NCBI RefSeq assembly: GCF_009914755.1 | Contig: NC_060925.1 | DNA: 64,000 nt | Direction: 5' to 3' (one strand) | From: the human T2T-CHM13v2.0 reference genome, Homo sapiens | Position numbers and translations under genes: made by a program | Shown here: piece after piece, positions 44,639 to 58,805 of the stretch | How positions within the stretch are numbered: position 1 is the stretch's first letter | Layout: every line of letters begins with the position of its first letter | Notes under the pieces: model-generated | Database searches by the model: none | What the model was told of the DNA's origin: nothing | What the model saw: only the letters and a program-made list of their open reading frames with translations

Positions 44639-47469
44639 GGGTGTGGGGGAGACAGAAGGCCCCCAGGTTCTTTTCCTGATTACCGAGGTTCAGGGTCCAG
44701 CCTGGGAAAGGAGAGGAAGGAGGAACTCACAATTAATGAACTCCCCAGATGTGCCAGGACCAGTGCTAGGTCTTCTACCTGCCTTAATTCATTAAATTTT
44801 CCCACTTTGCCAGACACAGTACCACTTGCTTTGTGTTTATTGCAACTCTGGTTGATTCTCCCAACAACTCTGAGAAGCAGATGGCAGGGCTATTATTCCC
44901 ACTTTATAGATGGGGCAGCTGAGGCTCTTGTGTGTCAGGACCTGGTTTGGAACCCAAGCCTGTCTGACCACAGAGCTTCAGACTCTCATATCAGCAGGTG
45001 TCCCTAAGGGCATCAGTGAAAGTCACAGCCAATACTCTTATAGCCGCAGCCACAACCAGCAGGGTTACTGGAGGGAAAGGGGAGGGAAAGAGGGTGTTGC
45101 ATTGCTTAGTTGTGTTTATCTCTCAGCTCCCCTTCCCTGTCCTCTAATCAACAGGGTAGAAATATGGCCCCTTAAGTGTGAGTATCATCCTCCACAACAG
45201 TGGAGACAGCAGCTTATTCATCTGAAGACAGAAAACTTGCCTTGGCAGCCTGAGGCCTGGGAGTTATGTCAGAACTTTCAGAATGGTTGGCGGTGCCTTT
45301 GCCTGTGCTGGTCCAGGTTCTACGTCGACTTGGAGAAGCTTTTTACTGCGTCCACTGAGGGACGCCCAGATTCCTCAGAGGGAAGTCGGGTGTGCCGGCT
45401 GGAGCACAGCAGGGGTCAGAAGGGGCCTGCCTGGCTTCCACCACAGCAGTGAGTATCATTGTCCTTCACAGGCCTTCTCTCCTCGCAGGGCCTCAGTTAC
45501 TTTGTCTCTGTGGAATAAGGGGGGTTGTACTTCCAACTCTGAAATGTCGATGATTCTCCCTCAACACCTTGACATTTGCTGAGGAACTTGGCAATGGGAT
45601 GCGGATATAGGTGTCCCTAAAAGCAGTGCATGAATCAGATCCTCATTATGAAACCACACTTGTGTAAAGCAGAGAGCCATGGTGTAATGTGAATAACCAG
45701 CCTCTAATTCATCACAAGCTTGTAGATGTTTATAGAAGCCCAGAAGGAAGAGAAAGAAGAAAGGAAGGAAGCAAGAGACGGGGGAAAGGATGGAAGGGGT
45801 TAGGAGCAGGCACTTGGGAGTCAGAGGTTGTCAGTTTGGAGTTGGTGTCTCTGCTCTTCCAGCATGACCTTGGAGAAGTCACTTGACCTCTCTCAGCTTC
45901 CATGTTCTCATCTGTAAAATGGGGAAACAAGTACCCACCAAATAAAATAACCTATTTGAAGGGCTTACCAGTCCTGGGCACTTAATAAACTCAATCAAAT
46001 ATAAATTATTAAACAAAGAAGGAGAGAGTAAAAACAAAGAATTGAAGGAGCGTTTTGGGGAGGACAGGAAACCCTGATTGAACCACACTAAGCATGGGCC
46101 TGGTATTCTCAGCCACACAACCACAAGGAACATACCCAGAATCATAGAAAGGTTGAAACTGAAGGGAAGGACTGATTTCTCCTTTTCTTTCTCAAATTTG
46201 GGGATGTGAAGTGAAGAGGTAGACATGGGGATCCTCTTTAGGCCACCCCAGATTCCAGTTGCTGCTGCTTATATTGCTTTGAAATACACCCCAAAACAAT
46301 CAGCATACATCATCCAGAAAAGCGCATTCCCTGCCCCACATAGACATAAGCTCTTGTGTATGCACTCTCACAAGATATTTCAAAACGCTCACTCGCTCCT
46401 TGTCCCACACACTCACATGCATCCCCAACAAGATTTGAGCAGCAAGGTCAATGCTTCTCCTTGTGAATTACCCTTTTATCACTTTGAATTGATTATCTTA
46501 GCATTATTTCCCTCCCCCACTCCCAATGACATCCCCACCTCTCAGACTGGGTCCAGTTCCTCTGTCCCGGGCTATCAAAGCCCTGTGCTCCTTTCTTGCA
46601 TGGCTCTCAGCATAGTTTATCGTCACACATGGATGTGCACAATTATTTGATTTGTGTCTACTTCCCCTCCTAGACTTGCTTCTGCTTCAAGGCTTCAGGA
46701 ATCAAGTCTGTTTGGCTCATCCTGCACCTAGCACCACGGCTGGCAAACAGTAACAGTTTAATAAATACACATGGAATGTTGAAATGAATGAATGAGCACA
46801 TAATAATGAGTCTTTTCTAACTCAAGGCCTCAACACCTCAGACCCCATCCCTGACCCTGCCTTGCTGCAGGGACCTTGACCTTGTATGATACCCCAGCCT
46901 CTGCTCTGAGTCCAGGGCCTCTGCCCTCTGCCTCTGCTCTTTAGCTTCCTTGGCCAGGTGAGGCCCACTTTCTGGAGTCCAGACAGCCTCCTCTTTTCTT
47001 CAGCAGTGAAGCTTACGGCCTCTCTTCCAGAAGGGTGGGCAGGGATCCCACCTTAGCATTCCCCAGCTCTGAGCTGGGGTCACAGTTAGGATACAACTAC
47101 TTCAAAGGGGTCTTCAGGCCAGTGAACCCTCTGACCCTTTTCTGACCTCCCCGCCTTTTTCTACCTGCCAAACTCAGCACTTTCCCTCCCTTCCTTTATG
47201 CCCTTGACTCAAGCCTCGGATTCATTTTTTAAAATATTTACATTTCCACCCTTCTTCAGGGGACTCTGTCTCTCTAATAAATAGAACATGAGCAGCTGCT
47301 CTCACCTGACCCTGCAGCAGCACTGGGGGTGGTGGGGAGCCCTGGCTGCTGCCATTCCTCTCCACGCAGGCGCCCTGGTCAGACCCGCTTCTTCCACGCT
47401 GCCCTGACGGCCACCCACCCCCAGTCATTGTCTGATCCCACTCCCAGGAGCCCAGCGGAGCCCTGCCCT

Positions 47470-48010
47470 CCCCCTCATTAAATCAGTGGCCATGCTCCTA
47501 GAGATGCGACAGAGGCAGCTGCCTGGCTTCCCAGACCCTTGTGGGCCCAAGGGGTTGATTAGCATATTGTTGTAAGGAAAGAAGCCTGGAGTAATCCTTT
47601 TTCCTATTGATGGTAAATAACATTACCTGAAGGTTCCTCCACCCCTCCAGCCGGCCAAAAGCAGCCAGAGAAAGCTCTGATTCTCCTCTCCTGTTCTCTC
47701 CCTCGTCCCCAACTCCCCTCCTCCTCCCCCTCTCCCTCTCACCTCCTTTCCCCCCCTCCATTACTCTTCTCCCCAGCCCCCTTCTATCTTCACCTTAGCT
47801 CCCTCCTCTTTTAAAAAATGCAAACACAGGAGCCACCAGGAAGCAGCTCATCGTCTCCTCTGAAGAGGCCAGGCTTCTGCCTCCCTTACAGCTGGGGGCG
47901 CCTTCGCAGGACCAGTGCTTTGCTCTGCCTGGAAAGCCATGGGAATGACAAATCTTTGGACAAATTACTGATTTCTCATCTAATTTACATCCAATTAGTG
48001 TGAGTGAAAT
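47470..48010. promoter_or_regulatory. Candidate enhancer (POU/SOX/FOX/homeodomain motifs)
   Basis: ATTAGCAT+ATTGTT at 47558-47571; GTAAATA ~47614; CTAATTTACATCCAATTA ~47980-47997; no recognisable repeats. Confidence 0.4.
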
Positions 48011-48739
48011 GAATCATGTGGTCAGCCCCTCAGGGGAAACATTGAGATAACAAATACCCAGGGCTTCTTTCCTGGGGAACTGACGGGCCCTGGGGGAAGT
48101 CCATGATTTACCCCTCGGGTCAGAGGCCCCCTCCCTTCCCCCAGGCAGGTTACCCAGCCCATAGATCAACCCCGCCCCCTCCCAGCCGCCTGGACAGGCC
48201 CCAGTGAGTTCAGGCCGGTAAAAAGGATGGGCTGGGAGAGGACCAGGTCTCACGTTGCGCCCCGACTGTGGAGATCCACTTCAGATCTGAGTGCAGCCAT
48301 GAGGTTTTGGAGCAAGTGCCAAGTCCTGGGCTGGCGGCCCTCATGCCTTGAATCTCCGCCACCCCCATAAGGACGTGGAGAGGTAGGCAGTCCCAGGCTG
48401 GTGATCCTAACTGGTGTTTTGCTGCTATTCACCGCATCTCAGGCCCCCGTTTTCAATGCTTAGCGCCGTGGCTCTTAACCCTCACGACAACGACAACATA
48501 CTCTAGAAGGCAGGCACTACTAGGGCCTCTGCTTTACAGGGAGGGGAACTGAGACTGAGACAGGAGTTAGCCAGGAAGCTGCGGGGCTGAGAGTTTTGGA
48601 CACCGGCAGTGTGATCCCAGAGTCCAGGCACTTAACCATCAGGGCTCCTTCTGCTACGTGCATTTTGCAGAGGAGGAAACTGAGTCTCAGAGTGGTGCAG
48701 GGGAAGTCACTGGCCAAGGTCACGGAGCGCTTTTTGGCA

Positions 48740-49100
48740 GATCAGGAAGGTCAAGTCCGGTACGATTCTTCCGCTTGCAGCTTCGTGTTGCTCGGTGCGC
48801 AGGGCAACGTCAGAGCACCTCTGACTCCAGGGAGGTGGAAGCGGCTTCCGGGGTGAATGCGGTTGGATCGTGCGAGGCCGCCACCACTGCCAAGAAAAGA
48901 AACACACCACCGCACACCTTGCCATCCCTGGGTCACCACTTCCTTCTTCGTGTATGAAGAGCAGCAGACGGAACTCAGCAATGTTTTTCTAACACAAGAA
49001 GGATGACTTTCCGAAATCGTTTGAAGTGGGAAGACTGGGGCGAGCGGGCGGGGCGGGGCGGGGGGCGAGCGGGAGGGGCGGGGCGGGGGCACGGGCTTCT
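48740..49100. promoter_or_regulatory. Candidate CpG-rich promoter
   Basis: Local CpG enrichment, ETS sites GGAAG..CTTCCGG 48837-48851, RFX-like half-sites, CRE half-site, tandem GC boxes 49037-49095. Confidence 0.55.
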
Positions 49101-51460
49101 TGTCTGAACAGTGCAGTGGCTGCATGTTTGGGGTGAGCTTGATCTTCCTGTGTAAACTTGTTTCTAGTCTGCTATTTAAAACCTGGCATATGGATGGGAT
49201 CTCAGCTTCCAGTACTGGCAGTTCTTAACATTCACAGCGACTAAATAAAAAGGGAATTTTAAAAACCAAATGCAGTTTTACCCCATAATGAGGCAAAGAG
49301 AGAAGTACTAAGAAGTTAACAACTCCCGAACTCAGGCTCAGCCAACCCTGTAAATGTGGGGGCCTCTGCAATGCAGCGTGGGGTTCAGAGGAAAGGAAAC
49401 GACATTTTCTGAGTACCTAAGGTAGGCCTTAGCTTTTTGTGCTGGGGGCTTAGCCCCAGGGTTAGGATTAGGGTTAAGGGGATGGCCTTCGTAGTCAGCC
49501 ACCAGGTTTTGAAGCCCAGCTCTGTCACTCACTACCTGAGTGACCTTGGAAAAGTTACTTTACCTCTCTGAGCTTCCTCAGCCCTAAAACAGGCCTAAAA
49601 GCAGGACCTAACTCACAAGGATGCCATCAAGATTATGTGAGCTAATGTTTGTAAAGTGTGTAGCTTGATACTCCGCACATACTAAGTGTGGAAAAAAAAA
49701 CCCGGTATTATTACCTGCACATCTGCTGGGGCCGTGAGGATTATTTTCCCCATTTTCGGCTATTGAGGCTGCAGAGGATGCTATATGTGCATGGAAGGGG
49801 GTGCATCTCTTTCGAGGGCTGAAGACAACCTGTAATCCCGGGAATGGTAAACAGAGTAAGAAGAGAGGCCTGAGATGGTTAGGGAGTGAAAACACTGAGA
49901 ACAGGTTCTGGAAAGAAGGAAGGGGCTATAGCGGGCATGTGACTTAGGTCACCATGGGCAGGAGCAGAGTCACAAGGCTCCTGGGGCAGCAATCAGGTAG
50001 ATTCCTCTCTGGGACCCCAGTAACAACAAAAATTATTACGTGCTTACTATGTGTCTGGCACTGTTCCAACTACTTTACAAGTTTCATTTGTTTGTTTTCA
50101 CTTAAGCCTCAGAATGGTTTATCGAAGTGGTTATTATTATTTTTGAATAGGAAATCAAGGCTCAGAGAATAAAGATCCAAGGTCACACAGCTAGAGAGTG
50201 AGTGACGGGGCTGGGTAGTCAGGCTCCTTAACTAAACCTGCTTGGTTTACTGCCTCTACCAACACAGGTCTTGGCACCAGGGGCATTTTATAGCAGAGAA
50301 TAAGTAATTGTCCTGCGAGGAAGGTAGAAACAGCCCCTTTTGTCTAAGTAGACAATCAACTTAGCTGTCAGCCTCATTCATCTCATTGGGGCAGAGGCCC
50401 CTAAGACTCATTCAGGACTGCTTGCAGAGTGCCTTGACAATCAGACCACACCACTTGAACAACCAGCAAAGAGCCTGTTCCCTGACCACCCCCACGAGGG
50501 AACCAATACTCCCTAGATGTGTGACCTCAGTTTCCTGATCTGTAAAATGGGAAGATCATGGTACCTACATCCTAAAACTGTTAGTGAGAATTAAGTAAAG
50601 CAGCTAGAACTGTACCTGGCACAGACTTCTCAGTTCTGTTGTTGTAACCAATGAGGAAACGGAGGTTCCGAGTGGTGAAGCGACTTGTTCAACTGCACAG
50701 CAGCAGATGAGATCAATATCAGAAATGTTTCCTTTGAACACTGCTTGGTCAGCAGGGCTGGAAATGGGGCCATGGGTGTTGCTGGGGAAATTGTCTGGGG
50801 CACCTGCTGGAATCCAGTGATCTGAAGGACCACGACCCCAGTGATGTCTTGGGTCATCTTTGACTCACTTGTCTCAAAACACATGGATGAATGCCCCTGC
50901 TTCGTAGAAGCTCCTCCAACACATGTCCCATCCCGACTCTCCATTTCTCCGGAGAGTTCCTTGGGAGGAAGAACTTTGTCCTGGCTCAGAGATTCGCCCC
51001 AGGCACTGAGGACGTATGGGCTCGGAGCTCCTGCTTCAGAGCCTGCCACTGTCAAGACTTATGGTCGCCTCATCTCTCCCCCTCGCTGGGTCTGGCTACA
51101 TCACTTATCTCCCTGACGCTGACCTGCCAGCAGCTGCAGGAGGCTCTCTCCGGTAAGATTTGATTAATGAGGTTCAGCAGCAACAAATCAGTCTTATGGA
51201 GCAGCCCTCGCCTCTCTGGGACACACTCTCACAACACCCGCTGCATACAAACTGCCCGGTGGGTGTGGGGCTGCTCCCAGCCATGCCTGTCAGCAGCCCC
51301 TGGCTCAGTGTCCCGAGTTCCATGGGCCAGACCTGCCTGGAACTCACAGCTCACCCACCAGTACTCACTGCACCCGTGTACAAGCAAGAGGTGCTCATCT
51401 TGTCTTCAAGAGAATCATATCTTAAGATAATAATATGATAGTGTAAAAAATAACAGCTAC

Positions 51461-51573
51461 GAGGTGGGAGGATCATCTGAGCCCAGGAGGTCAAGGCTGC
51501 AGTGAGCCACTGCACTCCAGCCTGGGTGAGGGAGTGAGACCTATCTCAGAAAATAAATAAATAAATGAATAAA
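51461..51573 (+). mobile_element. Alu right-monomer fragment (FRAM/AluJ)
   Basis: gaggtgggaggatcatctgagcccaggaggtcaaggctgcagtgagc; TSD aacagctac. Confidence 0.85.
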
Positions 51574-51589
51574 ACAGCTACTATTTGTT

Positions 51590-51765
51590 AACCATATGCA
51601 AGGCACCTGCAATCTTATCTAATTGACAACCCTTTTGAGTGAGGATTTTATTATTCCCATTTTAAAGATGAGGTAACTGAGATGCAGGTGGGCTGGTAAC
51701 TTGCCCAAAGTCACACAGTTAGAAAGTGGCAGAGCTGGGATTTGAACCCCGGCATTCTGGCCTGT
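51590..51765 (-). mobile_element. MIR
   Basis: cccattttaaagatgaggtaactgag...acttgcccaaagtcacacag..ggcagagctgggatttgaaccc. Confidence 0.88.
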
Positions 51766-51837
51766 AATCATACTTCCTTGCGTGCTTGAAATCTTACAAC
51801 CTTTTGGAAATATGATGAAAGTGATAGTCCTTCTCCT

Positions 51838-51840
<3 letters not shown>

Positions 51841-51877
<37 letters not shown>
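51841..51877. repeat. Poly(A)37 tract
   Basis: Direct read. Confidence 0.97.
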
Positions 51878-51879
<2 letters not shown>

Positions 51880-54299
51880 ATCCTATCTATACACCCATTG
51901 CTCTACAATTTCAGCATATGCCGATGTACCCACCTTGAATGCCATCCATGGTCCTGAGAACCCCCACTCTCACTCACTGTAAGACTTAGTCACAGCCTTT
52001 CCTCCTTGGGGCCTCAGTCTCCCCTGTAAGGACAGACTCTGGGGGATCCTACCTCCAAGGGCTCATCCCTCTCCTACTCTCTCTGTCAAATACATGATAC
52101 CCAAGTCCTGCTTCCAAGTCTCATCTGTTCTCTCACATTTGGAAAGTTCTCGGCATTGGAAGGCAGAACTGTTCTTCTCTCTGAATTTCCAACCACTAAA
52201 TGTGTATCACCCATCCCATCCCACCCTTTCTCCTTACCCCCCAGTTTTATTGGAACTGTTTGTTTCTTAAGCAGTTACAGGAAGCCCATGGCGCGTCAAG
52301 GTCCATCCATTCCTTTGCAGCATAATCTACACATCATTCAAGTGCATGCCCCTCCAGCCACTGGTCAACCCATGTCACCTTCCTGGGAGCTTTTCTGAAG
52401 TGAGTGCCCTGCTTGGCTGCTCCTTGTCCCCCTCCCCCCACCCCCACCACTTCCTCTTGCCCCTGGACCACCAGGCCTCGAGCCACACCCTTTCTCTGGA
52501 AGGTGAAAGAACACTGGCTCTCCCCTTTCTGTTCCCCTCTTTACCTTCCCCAAAGCCCTCACATCCCAGAAACATTTGTCAGAGATTTGCCAATAGTCAC
52601 TTTTTCATCTGCTGGGGCAAGAGTCATCTTTGCATATAGATGTTTTGTAATAGATGCTGCATTGATTATGTTAAGTTCTTTTGGGAATCGCCTGGCCATT
52701 TCTGGGTCCTCACTGACCAGTTCCACCTCCACCACACATCTCAGATCTCCTGGGTCAGGAGTGCTGAGCCACCTGAACCAGAGGCTGCGGGAAGGGGCAC
52801 AGCCCCAGATAGGTGGGGACTAATGGCTGTACCCAACCAAGATGAAAGTGCATGGCCCACTCTTTTTTGGATGGGCTAGATAAGGAAGGTCCATGTCATC
52901 TCCACATGGCCCGTTTCTCAGTTGGAGTTATAATGATGACCCTGGTGATGAGCATTTTTTGTACTTTGCAGTGTAGAAAGCAAAGCACACTCCTCCATTA
53001 GTTCATTCTATGCTCACAATCACCTACATGCAAGGGGCTATGATCAGGCCCACTTTAGAGATAGGGAAAGTAAGGCGCGGAGAAAGGACTTGCACAAGAA
53101 TGCGTGGTTCACACCTGGCAATTCCTGCCCTTGAACCCAACTCGTAGAACTGTCAGATCGCTACTTTTTCTCTTACACCATTTTGCTTAAAAGCTCATTT
53201 GCAGAGAGTGGCATTTCTAAGGTACTCTTAGATTTCCTCCCCGTGTCTCAGTGTCCTCCAGGAGTGTGCAGGGAACAGCCTGTGGTTATGCGCATTTGTG
53301 CTGGGAAGAGGTGTAACTATCCATGTGCAGGACATTTGGGAGGGGTGGGAGTGTGTGGGTACGTGGCCCTGTGCAGGTTGAGTGTGCATGTGTGTGAGGA
53401 GGTGGGTGTGGGTGAGTATGAGCTTGCTGGGTGTGGGGAGGAGAGAGCACACTCTGCACATTCGTGGGGGTGTGCAGTGTATGTTGTCACGGGTGTGAGC
53501 CCCCAGCCTGCTTCCTCCTCTGATGGCTCACTCTGCACTTTGTCTTCAGAGCCCAAAGCCTGTGGGTTCAGCCTCTTAGGACAAGAAGACTGGGGTGGAT
53601 CACCATTTGCAGACTATTTGGGGATGACTTTAAAATAAACACTCTAACGAAAGTGCTCAGCCCTCCTCCAAACATGCTCCCCCTGCAAGCTGGGGTTGTG
53701 GTTCAAATGCTTAGAGTTGGCTCTCCAAAGGGAAGTGCCTTTGAAGTCAGTGAGCAAGTCACCCTGAAAGGAGCCACAAGCATGTCTTTTTGTAGGTGCA
53801 GGATGTGGGCACAGAAGGGTCACTGTGGAATAAGGCCAACAGTCCCAAGTGGCAGAGGTGGAGGGAAGAAGGATCAGGTGTGCAAATCCCTGTGGGACAA
53901 AACACCTCTGGTCACTGTGCCCAGGGGTCATGGGGAAGTTGGCAGGGAGATCAAGGCAGCTCAGCTGGGCTGCTGAAGATCTTGTATCCCAGGCAGGCAG
54001 ACCCGTGGATGGGGTCTAGCGGTCTGCCTACGATCTGAAGGCATGAAGGCTCTCAACCCTTCCTCTGGCGAACCTCCAGCTATTTGACTAAAGAGGTCCG
54101 GAGGGGCCTTCTCATTGAGTGAGCACTGAGAGCTCACAGAGAGGCCTGGATGTTCCCCCGCCAGCCCCCACCATGGTCTGTGCACTTGCTAGCTTCCAAG
54201 TGGACCCAAACACTCTGAAAATGGCCTCTAAACCATTCATAACACTGAGTCTATAACTGAGCTGCAGGCAGGAAACAAAGTCCAGTCAAGCTGGTGGAG

Positions 54300-54690
54300 T
54301 GCCAAATGTGCCCAAGCCAGAGGATGGCAGAATTCCCTTTCTGCCTGCCCCCAGGTTGGCATTCCCTGCAGCAACTCCGGAGCTTCCCCTGGAGCTTCCT
54401 GCTCTGGCTTCTACCTGCACTTGGCACCCCCCTGTGCCAATTAGAGTCACACCTCCCATTTAACCAGAAGCACATTTTCCAGCTTGTTCTTCCACCAGGC
54501 TGGGCTCCAAATGCCTCTTGTGGTTGTTTCCCGAAATCAAATCCAACCTCAAAGCATGAAGATTTGCCATTATTAAAGACGAGCAAAAGCATATGCCCCA
54601 GGCTCTGGAGAGAATTTCTAATGAGGATTCCAAAGATCACAGCCGGCTCACGAGCTCTTGGAATCCAGTGGGCCCTTAGCAGTCATGGAG
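54300..54690 (+). mobile_element. Mariner-derived relic (MARNA-like), decayed transposase C-terminus
   Basis: PGWAPN (cf. YSPDLAP motif), then frameshift to WLFPEIKSNLKA*RFAIIKD from 54521. Confidence 0.75.
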
Positions 54691-55306
54691 CCCTCTAATT
54701 ACACTCCCTGAATATCCCAGCTGTACCCGCCACCATGCCCGTGCTGCACCGCTCCCACAACAGTCATCTGTGTGATGTAGAGATGGTGTTTAAAGTCCGC
54801 GAATAAAGGGAAAAACCAAGCATGGTCAAAATTATCCTTACACATCCTTTAGGAGGGAGACCAATATACCATCTCTCGGTGAGTCCAACACAGCTGGGTT
54901 TTCCTTCAGCGTCAGAACAAATCGCTTTTCTTTGGGTTAAGCACCAGATGAGGTTGTTGGCTTGATTTGAGGGGCCACGTTACATAAAGGATGCATGTCT
55001 TTGAACACTAGAATCACCCTCAGGGTGATACTCACAGGAAGAGAGGCACAGAGAGCCTAAAAGCCATTGGGGAAACTGCAGGATCCATCTCCCATCCTGT
55101 GCTTCTCCTTGAGTGAAATGGGGGTCAGAATCCTCCGCTTCATTCTCCATACACACCTTGTTGTTGTTATTGTTGCTGTTATGATTATTATGCTGTGTGC
55201 ATATACATTACTATGCTGTGTGCGCATATACGTTATGCTGTGTTCAAATGCATGGAGTACAATCTCCCTGGAAGACTCATCTCTGGCACCGCAATTTATT
55301 TACATC

Positions 55307-55781
<475 letters not shown>

Positions 55782-56048
55782 TCATAGTAACTATGTGTGT
55801 ATCTTATCTCCCCAAGTATGTCAGGTCCCTGTCTGCTTCACCTCCAGGGTCCTGACAATATTTGGCCCAATGTCTCCCATATATGCCTTATCAATAAACA
55901 TTGATTCAAAGACTAGATATATGAATGAATGAATGAGTGATGAAAATGGCTCATCTTGGGACACAAAAACATCTCTACCTTCTGATACAGAAGCTCTGTA
56001 CTGCTGGATTCAGCACAGGCTAGAGAGAGGACTTCCATGTTGACCTGA

Positions 56049-56434
<386 letters not shown>

Positions 56435-57099
56435 TGGATTCTTCACATTCTGGTGCATCCAGTGGCACACATTTGCACAGCAACAAGAGCAAAGGCCTCC
56501 ACACCCTCCACTGCTGCCCCCCACAACCGCCACCAGCCCTGCTAGGTGGGAAGGGAAAGCCTTAATATCCCCATTTTATGCACCAGGAAACCGAGGCTCA
56601 GAGGCGTGTGCCTGGCCCACCATCACACAGCTAATGAACAGCAGGGCCTGGATTTGTACGAGTCAAAACCTTTTTTTTCCTTTTTTATTTGATCACATGC
56701 TATCTCTAGATAGAGATGCCATATTCTGTTTATAATGACCATCCAGTTAGTGTGGAGGCTCTACCCCTCCCAGGACAAAGAGATGCCTGTGGACAGTGTC
56801 CTAGTGACTTCTTATCCCATGGGAGCGTGTAATGTGGAAAGAATTTAGGAACTCCCTGCTGAAGGGCCAAAGTGCAAAACATGCCTGTGATGTGGGCATC
56901 GGCAACTCTGAATGCCCCCTTATATATGACAGGTCACCTGCCCCCTTTGCCGAGGTCTCTCAGGATGCTTGGATTTCTATATTTTCTTCCGAGACCCTGG
57001 TACCCACCTCCAAACTGCATATCTTTAATTGGCAGGTCCCCTTCCTTACTTTTCACCCATTTCCTTGTGGCCAAGGACCATCTCCACTCCTCCAGAGGA

Positions 57100-57625
57100 T
57101 GGCACAGCATGGGAAATGAGGCTTTGGGCCTAGCAGATCTGGGTTCCAATCCTAGCTCAGCCTCTTTAATAGTTGTGTGACTGCTGGCAGTTACTTAACT
57201 GCTCTGAGCTCAGTTTCCTCCTCTGTAAAACCAGGATAATACATCAAAGGTTTTTTTTTTTTGGTTGTTTTTTGTTTTTTTTTTTTTTTTACATGAAGCT
57301 AATGACCTATGAGTATCAAGATTCTTCACTCAGGCCTCATTTAGCTGGAATTCAGAGTGATCTGAAGCTAATGCTATACAGTGGTCAAAAGCAAGTCAGA
57401 CCACCTGGGTTCAACTCCCAGATCCTGCACTTATTCACCTGCTGTGTGACTCTGGGAAATTTACTTGACATCTCTGAGCTTCAGATTCCTCACCAGTAAA
57501 ATGGAGATAAAAACAGTGCCTAACTCGCGGGGCTGCTTTGCACTGAAAAGCCATCACTCACATTAACAGCTTAGCACAGTGTCTGGAACTTGACCAGTGC
57601 TTAGTAAATGTTTGCCATGAATTAT
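57100..57625 (+). mobile_element. Two MIR copies
   Basis: gggttccaatcctagctc..ctcagtttcctcctctgtaaaa; gggttcaactcccag..gctgtgtgactctgggaaatttac. Confidence 0.8.
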
Positions 57626-58584
57626 TAGCCATTAGTAATGTATTAGTGAATTGGTGGGCAGCTCTACAAGGAGCAAATTTGCATAAGGTTTTGACTATAG
57701 GAATGGGAAGGTAAACAAGACATTGGTCTCAGATCTTGGTCTTTGGGGCTGTCTGGCATCTGATCCCTGTTGAGGGACTAAGCAGGCAGAATGAAGGTGA
57801 AGAGCCATTTTCACACACCAAGTTACAAAATGTGACACAGGATGGTTTAAGGCAGTGGCATTTCCAGGAAATATAAAGCATCTATTTATTGAGCAGCTAT
57901 TATGTTCCCAGGCCTGTGCTTGGTGCTGAGGTTGAGTGGTGAGCCGGAGATGCAGCCCTGCCCTCGTGCAGCATGGAATCTGGTGCTGCTTGTGGGTCTG
58001 CACACCAGGGCACTTCCCTCAGGGTGAATTCTAGCAATCTTGCGGGGGCCCAGCAGCCTCTGCCAGTTCCAGGCTGCAGATATTCCTGGAGGAGTTTGGA
58101 GAAGCAGAACATCAGAGAACAATTACCCGCCTCACAAAAGACACCCCAGAGGGCTTCCAGAAGTAAGAGGGTGAGATCGTGAAAGGGCAGGTGGGAGCGC
58201 GAGGGTGCATTCAGGGCTGTGATGGTGGAAGGGTGGCATTATGACCTGATGACCAGTGAAACCTGGGGCAGTTAAGGATCGGAATGTGGAGCACCTGATA
58301 CGAGGCACAGCACTCCGTCGAGGAGGGCTGCTTTCTGCCCCTCGCAGGGCCTGCCCACAGACACAGACACACTCAGCACCCTCCACATTCATTCTACATG
58401 CATGTGTTCAAAACACACAGCCAGCACACATGGAGCATTCCACAGGGTGCACACAGGGATACACTTCACAGTGTACTCAGAAGACACATACCTCAGACCT
58501 CAAACACAAACCAGAGGAGCCTCTCCCCCTGACATCTCCACACACCTCTGCCGTCTCGCTTCCCCTCCCTCTAGCATCCTGTGG

Positions 58585-58805
58585 ACTTTGGGTGCTGGAC
58601 AGTTATGGGCCCCAGTCCCAGCCCTGCCACCTCGTAGCTGTGTGACTTGGTAGAGTTAAACTCTTTGAGTCTCAATTTCCCTTTTCTACAGAAGAGGAAT
58701 AGCAAGACTCCCTGCCTCAGAAGGCTGCTGAGAGGATGAAGTGAGTTCAGGCATGTTAAGCCCTTAAAACTGTACCTGGTACATATCAGGACTTAATAAA
58801 TTTGA
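58585..58805 (+). mobile_element. MIR
   Basis: ccagccctgccacctcgtagctgtgtgacttgg...gaggatgaagtgagtt. Confidence 0.8.
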
